The notes beneath the pieces were generated by a model, which was given only the letters and a program-made list of their open reading frames with translations, was not told where the DNA came from and ran no database searches. From Malassezia furfur (Eukaryota), in assembly GCA_052055015.1 (NCBI GenBank), contig JBQJIT010000066.1: a stretch of 36,764 nt of DNA. One strand, 5' to 3'. The translations under genes were made by a program, and so were the position numbers. Positions within the stretch are counted from its first letter, which is position 1; every line of letters begins with the position of its first letter. This document shows positions 29,367-36,764 of the stretch, piece after piece.

Positions 29367-31373
29367 ATGGCGGGTGTCGCTGACAGCTTCCGGCCCAACG
29401 TGCTGAAGGATGCGTTCATCGAGCAGAAGCACGACGAGTACGAGAAAAGCGAGCCATACCACCATGCGGTTGTTGATGGATTGATCAACGATGAACTGCT
29501 TCGTGCGGCGCGGAACGAGATCCTTGAGGAGCTGCACTTCACCGAGAAGGAGACGGACATCTACAAGGTGAACCAGACCGGCGACTTGGCCAACCTCGAT
29601 GGCCTGCCGGAGGCCGAGGCCCAGCGCCTAAAGGCGGTGCTGAAGGTTCGTAACGCGATCTACTCGGAGGAATTCCGCTCCTGGATCCAGCGCGTGACTG
29701 GCTGCGGTCCGCTGAGTGCGAAGAAGAAGGACATGAGCATCAACGACTACCGCCAGGGCTGCCACCTGCTAAACCATGATGATGTGATTTCGACGCGTCG
29801 TGTGTCGTACATTTTATACCTGCCTGACCCTGATCAAGAGTGGAAGCCCGAGTGGGGCGGTGCGTTGGAGCTGTACCCTGTCAAGAAGGCGCACATCCCC
29901 GAAGATACGCCTTCGCTGATGATCCCCCCGCGGTGGAACCAGTATACCCTGTTTGCGGTGCAGCCGGGACACTCGTTCCACAGCGTGGAGGAGGTGGTGC
30001 ACCCCACTAACAACCGCCTGAGCATCTCTGGCTGGTTCCACCGTCCCCAGCAGGGCGAACCGGGCTACTCCCAGGAGGAGGAGGACCGCGAAGTACAGGC
30101 CGAGAAGGAGTTTAGCAGCCTCGCGAACATCACCTCGGAGAAGTGGACGTCCCCGTTCCAGGAGTACGTCGACAGCGAGCCGCCGCTGCCCGGCTCGCCG
30201 ATTCCCTCGGAGCATTTGCGTTTCCTGGCGCACTTTTTGAACCCTGCGTACCTCATGGCCAAGACGCAGGCGACACTCTTTGAAAAGTTTGGCGACGACT
30301 CGCACCTGCTCCTCTCCGAGTTTTTGCGGCCAGACATTGCCGAGGTGCTGGAAAAGAGCTTGCGCAAGAAAGACGAGGAGGACCAGCTCGTCTGGTGGAC
30401 GCGTGCCGACGACGAAAAGATTAGCTTTGACGCGGTGCAGATCCAGCCGCATGCCGTGGGCACCGCACAGGCCAAGCAGCCAAGCGACGAGGACAGGCGC
30501 TGGACGCTTGCTGGCCCGCCACACCGTGAACGCTTTGCGACGCTCGAGGATACATGCACGCCCGGCAGTGCGGCGCCGGTCGACTACACGTCGTCTGCGT
30601 CGCCCATGCCGCCGCTCACCTCGAGTGCAACCGACCTTCTGCACTGCCTGACACACGTGCTGTTCCCCTCGGTGGCCTTCCGGCACTTTATCGCCAACGT
30701 CACGCAGCTCATCCCGCTCGCCGGTCGCCCCATCCGTGCGCGCCGCTTCCGTCCGGGTCTCGACTACACGCTGGCTCGCTCTGATGACGAGACGGTGCTA
30801 GACCTCACGCTGACGCTCACGCCTGACGTCGTGGCGAGTGCCAAGAAGGCGATGCGCCAGACGGGCAAGCCCAAGGGCCTGGCGGGCAAGCGCGCCAAGA
30901 CAACACCCCCATCGCTGAGCAAGGGCGCGCTGAGCAAGACGGACGTCGGCAAGCTCGAAGCGATGTGGGAGGCGGGCGATATCGGCGGCTGGGAATGTTA
31001 CCTTGCGCCGCACGAGGGCGAAGAAGACCCGGCCGTGTACCAGAGTGCAAGCTCGCGTCGCCAGCGCGAGCAGGCCGAGGCGCAAGACGCCGAGATGGAT
31101 GCCGGTGACGCAGACGGCGACCGAGACGACGAGGAAATGGACGAGGACGAGGAGGATGAGGAGGACGAAGAGGACGACGACTTTGACGGCGTGCTGCTCA
31201 ACGTCACGCCGAGCTACAACACGCTGCTGATTGTGCTTCGGGACGAAGGAGTGATGCGCTTCGTCAAGTACCTGTCGGCGAGTGCCGGCGGGAGCCGTTG
31301 GGACATCTCGGCAGAGTACACCGTGGGTGCTGCCGAGGTCGAAGAGGAGGCCGAGGAGGCCGGGCCGGCGTAA
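29367..31373 (+). CDS. TPA1: Prolyl 3,4-dihydroxylase Tpa1/Ofd1 (OGFOD1 family)
   Basis: PYHH, FTEKETDIYKVNQTGDLANL, HLLNHDDVI (HxD), WGGALELY, SFHSVEEV, RLSISGWFH, RRFRPGLDYTLA, VLRDEGVMRFVKYLS. Confidence 0.94.
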   Translation: MAGVADSFRPNVLKDAFIEQKHDEYEKSEPYHHAVVDGLINDELLRAARNEILEELHFTEKETDIYKVNQTGDLANLDGLPEAEAQRLKAVLKVRNAIYSEEFRSWIQRVTGCGPLSAKKKDMSINDYRQGCHLLNHDDVISTRRVSYILYLPDPDQEWKPEWGGALELYPVKKAHIPEDTPSLMIPPRWNQYTLFAVQPGHSFHSVEEVVHPTNNRLSISGWFHRPQQGEPGYSQEEEDREVQAEKEFSSLANITSEKWTSPFQEYVDSEPPLPGSPIPSEHLRFLAHFLNPAYLMAKTQATLFEKFGDDSHLLLSEFLRPDIAEVLEKSLRKKDEEDQLVWWTRADDEKISFDAVQIQPHAVGTAQAKQPSDEDRRWTLAGPPHRERFATLEDTCTPGSAAPVDYTSSASPMPPLTSSATDLLHCLTHVLFPSVAFRHFIANVTQLIPLAGRPIRARRFRPGLDYTLARSDDETVLDLTLTLTPDVVASAKKAMRQTGKPKGLAGKRAKTTPPSLSKGALSKTDVGKLEAMWEAGDIGGWECYLAPHEGEEDPAVYQSASSRRQREQAEAQDAEMDAGDADGDRDDEEMDEDEEDEEDEEDDDFDGVLLNVTPSYNTLLIVLRDEGVMRFVKYLSASAGGSRWDISAEYTVGAAEVEEEAEEAGPA

Positions 31374-31402
31374 CCGTAGCTCGTTTCTGTACTGCACCAC
31401 CA

Positions 31403-34400
31403 CTACATTAGACTTGTACGTGCGCCAATTGCATCGCTAGGCGCGCCATCGGGGAACGCTGCGTCGCGGTCGCCCGCAAAATTGCGGTAGATCCGCCGAA
31501 GCCGGTCGACTTCGTGCTGTGGCACACTTGGCCGCGTCGTTTGGAAAGCCGTCTCGAGCTGTGCGTGGGTGACGAGGCGTGCCTCTGGATCGGCCGCAGG
31601 GGCTTCCGCATTGTCGCTTGCGGCGGGCACGCTTGGTGTGCTGCCGAGCATGCGCGCGAGTCGGTCGGCAAACGCGGCGCGCTCGGCGCCGCTGTGCATT
31701 TTGCTCGGCGGTACTTCGCCGGGCGTGATGGCGGTATAGGCGACGGCGGCGGGCGCCGCGGCATCGGTCGACGCGGGGGCTTCGGTCGGCTGGAGCGATG
31801 CGTTGATGGTCTCGAGGTGCGCGTTGTACAGCAGCGCCTGCAAATCTGCGCCTGAGAAGCCCGCGGTACGCTCCGCCCAGTGCGCCAGGTCCACGGACGG
31901 ATGCAAATGCACCTTACGGGCAATGGCGCGCAGGATGTCGAGGCGGTCGTCGCGGTTCGGCATGTCGCACAAAAGCGACTTGTCCAAACGCCCCGGACGC
32001 AACAGGGCCGAGTCGATCAGGTCGGGGCGCGAGGTCGCTGCAAGTACATAGACGCCGTCGAGGCCCTCGGCGCCGTCCATCTGCGTGAGCATCTGGTTCA
32101 CGACGCGATCGGTGACGCCGGTCGAGTCGTGCCCACGCTTGGGCGCAATCGAGTCAAACTCGTCAAAGAAGAGCACACACGGTTTGGCGGCCTGTGCGCG
32201 GTCGAACAGGTCGCGTACCGACTTTTCGCTTGCGCCAATGTACTTGTTGAGGATTTCGGGGCCCTTGACACTGATAAAGTGTAGGCCGCACTCTTTCGCA
32301 ACGGCGCTGGCCAGCAGCGTCTTGCCGCATCCAGGGTAGCCATACAGGAGCAGACCGGAGCGCAAACGCAGAGGGCAGTTGGCAAAGATCGCCGCGTACT
32401 TCGTCGGCCACTCGAGCGTCTCGCGCAGTGTCTGCCGTGTCGCGTGTAGGCCGCCGATGTCGGCCCAGTTGGTGGTGGACGCCTGCAGCTTGACGTCGCG
32501 CAGAGACAGCGGTGTAAAGTCTTGCTGGGCGGCGGCAAAGTCGCTCATGTCGAGTGTCAGACGCCGATCGGACTCAAGCAGGCACCGCATCGTCGCCTGA
32601 TGCACCGCACGTTGCGTGAGCATCTGCAGATCCGCGGCATGGTAGCCGTCGGTGTTGTTGACGAGCGTCACCCAGTCAAGGTCGCCGGTCTCCAGGACGG
32701 CGTCGACGGGCGGCGACACGGGTGCCTCAGGCGCGGACAAGGCTGCCGCGTCCTCTGACGGGCCCGGCGTCGCTTCCGAGGCGGGTGTCGCGGGATCCGC
32801 CGGCGCACGGGGCGCGTCAGTCGGCGCCTTGTCTGTCTCCTCGGCTGGCTTCTCTACCAGGGCCTGCACGAGCGATTGGAGGATGGCACGACGTGCGTCC
32901 TTCGTTGGCGGCTTGACCGACACCGTCTCGGTCCAAAGCCGCGCGTTCTGCAACGAGGCGTGCAGATTCGTCGTTGACTGGCACGTCGCGAGCACAAACA
33001 CGTCAAAGTCCTGTACCGACTCGCGGATTTTGGCCGCAAGCGCATTGCCGAGCTGCGCCGCACGCGTGCTATCGACGTGCTCGGCCTCGGCAGGGATCAA
33101 CGTGTCGAGGTTGTCGAGCACGAGCAGCGTCGGCGCATGCCACGCAGCTTCATCGAGCCACTCTTTGAAGTGCGCACGTACCAGCGGCATGCGCTCCTCC
33201 ACAAACGTCGCGCAGTCGACGTACTGCGTGCGGTACAGCAGCGCAGGGTCCGCGGCCAGCTGTGCGCCGACGGCCCGCGCGATGCGCGTCTTGCCCGAGC
33301 CTGGGCCGCCGCATAGCAGCACGCCGCTTGTGCTCGTGTACGGCGCGGGGTGCGCCGCCGCACCCTCGTACGCATCCAGACGCCCTTGGTCGATTGCCTG
33401 CAGCGTGCGCTGGAGATGCACGCCCCGCACCGCCGCCGTGCACCGGGCCACGACGTCGTCCATGCCCGGCAGTGCCGGCACATCGTACGTCTCGAGCGCG
33501 CGCCACGTGTGTCCGCCGGTCTGTGCACCGCGTGCCGCGCCGGGCGGCGGCGCCGAAATCTGAACGAGGTCGTAGTCGGCGACGTTGAGCTTGGCGCGCA
33601 GCGCCTTGCCGAGCCACACGTGCCGCGCGGGCCACGGGCGCGGTGCGGTGGGCGACGCGTCGCCTGCGCCAAACGATGCACTGGCCGTTGCGCTCGTCGG
33701 CTGCTCGCTCGTTTCGTTGCGGCGCGTGGGGCAGGCGACTTGGGTGAAACACGCCTTGGCGTGTGGGAACGCCAGCGCCACGAGCTCGTACGACGGGTAC
33801 GCCAGGTCCGGCAGCGTATGGGTCGCTGGCAGCAAGGCTGTCCACTCCAGGGCCTCGTCGCGGCAGTACGACTCCGGCAGCACGCGCCACAAGACGTGCG
33901 TCAGTGCACCGGCGGCCGACGCGGCGGTGAGTGGCCCCTGCGGCGTGGCAACCGGCACCTCGGTCTCAGTCGTGTCGTGTGACTCGGCACGCTGCTTGGG
34001 CGCTACAATCACCTCGGTATCGGTCGAGAGGCGCACCGCAACGCTGCCGTCGGCGTCGTCGCCCGTCGCGGGGACGGTGCGGTCCACGACAAAGCGCACG
34101 ACTGTCGATGCGCTGCGCCCAACCTGCACGGCAAGCACTTGCCCCGTGCGTGCGGCGCGCACCTGCGCAAGCATGTTCGCCTCGACGTCCTCCGCGTGGA
34201 TGCTCAGAATCTCCCAGTCGTCGGCGTGGAGCGGCACGAGATGCACCTGCTCTGCAACGGGCACCGGTGGCGAGCGGAAGAGGCGCACGCGGATCTCCAT
34301 GCCGTCGCGAAGCACCGGGCTAAACAGGGACGACAACGACGGCCCAACGATGACGCGCTCGGCCGGCTGGCCGTGTGGGTCGTCGAGCACAGCGTGCGCG

Positions 34401-34588
34401 GCGCTCAGGCCGGTCCATCCGCAGTAGTAGGTCTGGGTATCTGTGCCAAGCTCGACGATGAGTGTCTGTGCCACGACATTGCGCGAGAGAAGCGTATTGC
34501 ACAGGGACGCGGGTAGGTGTACAAGGCTCGTGCGCAATGCGGGGTCGACGCCCACCCGGCACTGGGTCGCGCGCACCTTGGGCGCCAT
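31403..34588 (-). CDS. PEX1: Peroxisomal AAA+ ATPase Pex1
   Basis: PEX-1N domain (DDWEILSIHAEDVEANMLAQVRA), D1 GGPGSGKT..LDNLD, D2 WADIGGL..LEWPTKYAAIFANCPLRLRSGLLLYGYPGCGKT..FFDEFDSIAPKRGHDSTGVTDRVVNQ..LRPGRLDK. Confidence 0.95.
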   Translation of the reverse strand: MAPKVRATQCRVGVDPALRTSLVHLPASLCNTLLSRNVVAQTLIVELGTDTQTYYCGWTGLSAAHAVLDDPHGQPAERVIVGPSLSSLFSPVLRDGMEIRVRLFRSPPVPVAEQVHLVPLHADDWEILSIHAEDVEANMLAQVRAARTGQVLAVQVGRSASTVVRFVVDRTVPATGDDADGSVAVRLSTDTEVIVAPKQRAESHDTTETEVPVATPQGPLTAASAAGALTHVLWRVLPESYCRDEALEWTALLPATHTLPDLAYPSYELVALAFPHAKACFTQVACPTRRNETSEQPTSATASASFGAGDASPTAPRPWPARHVWLGKALRAKLNVADYDLVQISAPPPGAARGAQTGGHTWRALETYDVPALPGMDDVVARCTAAVRGVHLQRTLQAIDQGRLDAYEGAAAHPAPYTSTSGVLLCGGPGSGKTRIARAVGAQLAADPALLYRTQYVDCATFVEERMPLVRAHFKEWLDEAAWHAPTLLVLDNLDTLIPAEAEHVDSTRAAQLGNALAAKIRESVQDFDVFVLATCQSTTNLHASLQNARLWTETVSVKPPTKDARRAILQSLVQALVEKPAEETDKAPTDAPRAPADPATPASEATPGPSEDAAALSAPEAPVSPPVDAVLETGDLDWVTLVNNTDGYHAADLQMLTQRAVHQATMRCLLESDRRLTLDMSDFAAAQQDFTPLSLRDVKLQASTTNWADIGGLHATRQTLRETLEWPTKYAAIFANCPLRLRSGLLLYGYPGCGKTLLASAVAKECGLHFISVKGPEILNKYIGASEKSVRDLFDRAQAAKPCVLFFDEFDSIAPKRGHDSTGVTDRVVNQMLTQMDGAEGLDGVYVLAATSRPDLIDSALLRPGRLDKSLLCDMPNRDDRLDILRAIARKVHLHPSVDLAHWAERTAGFSGADLQALLYNAHLETINASLQPTEAPASTDAAAPAAVAYTAITPGEVPPSKMHSGAERAAFADRLARMLGSTPSVPAASDNAEAPAADPEARLVTHAQLETAFQTTRPSVPQHEVDRLRRIYRNFAGDRDAAFPDGAPSDAIGARTSLM

Positions 34589-34640
34589 GGTGGTTCAGCA
34601 CGTGACGTGCGCTCGTCCGCGCTCGTTGGAGACAACGGCG
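34589..34640. promoter_or_regulatory. 52-bp bidirectional promoter PEX1/SUR1 with CACGTGACGTG starting at 34599
   Basis: Divergent ATGs at 34588 and 34641. Confidence 0.55.
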
Positions 34641-36566
34641 ATGGTCCTGGTAAGCCGCCGGACCTCGTCCGTGCTGCTCGGCTGTCTGGGCCTCTTTCTG
34701 CTCGGCACGGTGGGCGTACTATCCATTGTACGCGCATACTTCAAGGTCGATGACATTGCATACATTCAGCACACCGAGCTCGGCACGCTTGCCGAAATCG
34801 CGCGTGGGGTGCGGCCGGCCGCGCTGTCGATTGCGCCCAACGCGCAACTCAACGCGACCGACGTCCCGATCGAGCGCATCCCGCGCATCATACATCAGAC
34901 GTGGAAGACAGACACGCTGCCGCCTCGGTGGGCCAAGACCCGCGCCGGGTGCGCCGCGATGATGCCCGATTACGACTACATGCTCTGGACGGACAAGAGC
35001 TCGCGCGAGCTCATCGCCTCCGACTACCCGTGGTTCTTGCCCGTATTCGACGCGTACCCGCACAACATTCAGCGCGCAGATGCCATCCGCTACTTTGTCC
35101 TGCATAAGTATGGCGGTATCTACATGGACCTCGACATTGGATGCAAGCGCCGCCTCGACTCGCTGCTGCGCTTTGAGGCGATCCTGCCCAAGACGATCCC
35201 GGTCGGCGTGAGCAACGATCTGATGTTCGCGGCAAAGGGCCATCCGTTCGTCAAGCAGCTCACCGAGAACCTGGCACGCTTCAACCACAACTTCCTCACT
35301 CCCTACGCTACAGTGATGTTCTCGACCGGGCCCATGTTTGTCTCGGCAGTGTACCGCATGTTTTCTGACGCACATCCTACCGTGGCACCCTCAACGCCAG
35401 CGCAGCCCACGCAGGGCTTCCACGGCGTGCGCGTCTTACCCAAGAGCCTGTACGGCAAGAACGCCAAGCCAAGCGAGGCACCCGACTCCTTCTTTGAGCA
35501 TATGTACGGCTCTAGTTGGCATGAGGGTGATGCAGGCTTCCTCATTTTCCTCCGCAAGTACGGCCGCTTGCTCATGCTCGCGGGCGTCGGAGTGATTGTG
35601 TTGGGTCTGCGCCGCTTCTACGCCACGCCGCTCTTGGCGCTCGGCCGGATGCTCTGGGATGTTTTGCGTCCCCTGCTTGCCCTGCTCCCGTTCTTGCCGC
35701 CCGACTGGACCGCGCCGCGGTCCTCGAGCGGTCCCGAGTGGGTCCATCTGACCGACCGCGAGGATGAGCGCCTGCTTGACAGCGGCACGCCAAAACCCGT
35801 GCCGATGTTTGTTGCGGACGAAACGCTCCACACTCCCGCCCCCGACGTGCCGACGGTGGTCCGAACCACGGGACGTCCGGCCTCGCGCACGGGGTACAGC
35901 GAGCAGAACCCCGTGGCGCTCGCCGAGCACACATGCCGTACCGCGCACGAGGACACGGCGCTCGGCTCCTATTCCAAGCGGCAGGAGTCGTGGGGTGCCG
36001 AGCCGACGCGTCTTCCTGCGTACTACGTCGGCGGCGCGAGCGAGTACGCCATGGCCGACACCAGCTTCGGCTCCAACGAGGATAACGAGAAGAACGACAC
36101 CGAGCCGGCCACACGTCGCTCCTTCCAACTTACGCGCTTCCGGCCAAACTGGCGCTCGTTGTCGGTCGCGCCACTCAAGGCGCTTGTGCCGCGGCCGCTC
36201 CGCCGCAATTCAGCGTCACAAAGCGAGGGCGGCGACCTCGACAATATCAGTGTCGAGGGCGGCGAGCCGCTCAGCCGAACCATGAGCTCGCAAAGCGACG
36301 AGTACCACCGCGAGTTTGCAAGCCTCGTGCAGGGCAATGCCGGCGATGCATACCTCGTTGCCTCGCCGCCGTTCGGACCCGTGGGCTCGCCGCCTGCGAC
36401 TGTGCTCATCTCGCAGGACCAGGCGCCATCACACCGCCATGGCGCCGTCGTGCGTCGCCAACCGGTCAACGACCTGTCGCGCGTCATGACGCCGGCCGTG
36501 CCGCCGATCCCCCCTGCGGACTACGCGCCGAGCCAGGACCATCTGCGCGCGCCCCCGGGGCTGTGA
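34641..36566 (+). CDS. SUR1: Mannosyl-inositolphosphorylceramide synthase (GT32, SUR1/CSH1-like) with long disordered C-terminus
   Basis: N-terminal TM, IPRIIHQTWK, IQRADAIRYFVLHKYGGIYMDLD (DxD), PVGVSNDLM, VMFSTGPMFVS, FFEHMYGSSWH, second TM region. Confidence 0.9.
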   Translation: MVLVSRRTSSVLLGCLGLFLLGTVGVLSIVRAYFKVDDIAYIQHTELGTLAEIARGVRPAALSIAPNAQLNATDVPIERIPRIIHQTWKTDTLPPRWAKTRAGCAAMMPDYDYMLWTDKSSRELIASDYPWFLPVFDAYPHNIQRADAIRYFVLHKYGGIYMDLDIGCKRRLDSLLRFEAILPKTIPVGVSNDLMFAAKGHPFVKQLTENLARFNHNFLTPYATVMFSTGPMFVSAVYRMFSDAHPTVAPSTPAQPTQGFHGVRVLPKSLYGKNAKPSEAPDSFFEHMYGSSWHEGDAGFLIFLRKYGRLLMLAGVGVIVLGLRRFYATPLLALGRMLWDVLRPLLALLPFLPPDWTAPRSSSGPEWVHLTDREDERLLDSGTPKPVPMFVADETLHTPAPDVPTVVRTTGRPASRTGYSEQNPVALAEHTCRTAHEDTALGSYSKRQESWGAEPTRLPAYYVGGASEYAMADTSFGSNEDNEKNDTEPATRRSFQLTRFRPNWRSLSVAPLKALVPRPLRRNSASQSEGGDLDNISVEGGEPLSRTMSSQSDEYHREFASLVQGNAGDAYLVASPPFGPVGSPPATVLISQDQAPSHRHGAVVRRQPVNDLSRVMTPAVPPIPPADYAPSQDHLRAPPGL

Positions 36567-36709
36567 GCGACGGCACCGTTGCGACCGTCGGGATGCGCCT
36601 GGCGAGCGCCCCGACGGGCCCCTGTATGATTGTTCCATTGCACCATGCTGCCGTATTTCTCCCGCCCCTTCACCCTCCTTGGTAGACCGGAAGCATGTCC
36701 ATTCTGGTA

Positions 36710-36764
36710 AGGACCAGGCGCCATCACACCGCCATGGCGCCGTCGTGCGTCGCCAACCGGTCAA
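36710..36764 (+). repeat. Exact 55-nt direct repeat of 36415-36469, running to the window end
   Basis: AGGACCAGGCGCCATCACACCGCCATGGCGCCGTCGTGCGTCGCCAACCGGTCAA occurs at both positions. Confidence 0.9.

Noticed and set aside
31100..31190. GAG/GAC-rich repeat tract
   Set aside because: Encodes an acidic low-complexity loop of TPA1; not a repeat element or CRISPR array.
34586..34589. Overlapping head-to-head start codons (CATG) for PEX1 and an N-terminally extended SUR1
   Set aside because: ATG 34641 directly precedes the signal-anchor and leaves room for the E-box promoter; the upstream ATG is probably incidental.

Overview
Very gene-dense, GC-rich eukaryotic (fungal) DNA. Gene content, tiny intergenic spacers and very short introns suggest a compact basidiomycete yeast such as Malassezia; this is inference, no search was run. 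I can reconstruct about 21 protein-coding genes: a MIF4G-like protein, cysteine synthase-like, bHLH TF, KRE6, AP-2 beta, UTP15, OPT transporter, ATX1, RPS21, PUF3-type Pumilio, GYP7, a tandem RRM-like protein, SCOT, MAM3/CNNM, YDJ1, a histidine phosphatase, mitochondrial uL14, TRM1, TPA1, PEX1 and MIPC synthase. There is also an intron-containing tRNA-Glu(CTC) and a probable H/ACA snoRNA inside an RPS21 intron. Main signals: (1) of 26 predicted spliceosomal introns, 18 are only 22-25 nt, mostly with a fused branch-point/acceptor CTNAY-N-YAG; (2) the single long intron (270 nt) hosts an snR3-like dual-target H/ACA RNA clamped by a long stem; (3) a CACGTG box lies in 6 of 7 short divergent promoters; (4) convergent genes abut or overlap. 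No mobile elements or CRISPR arrays were seen.
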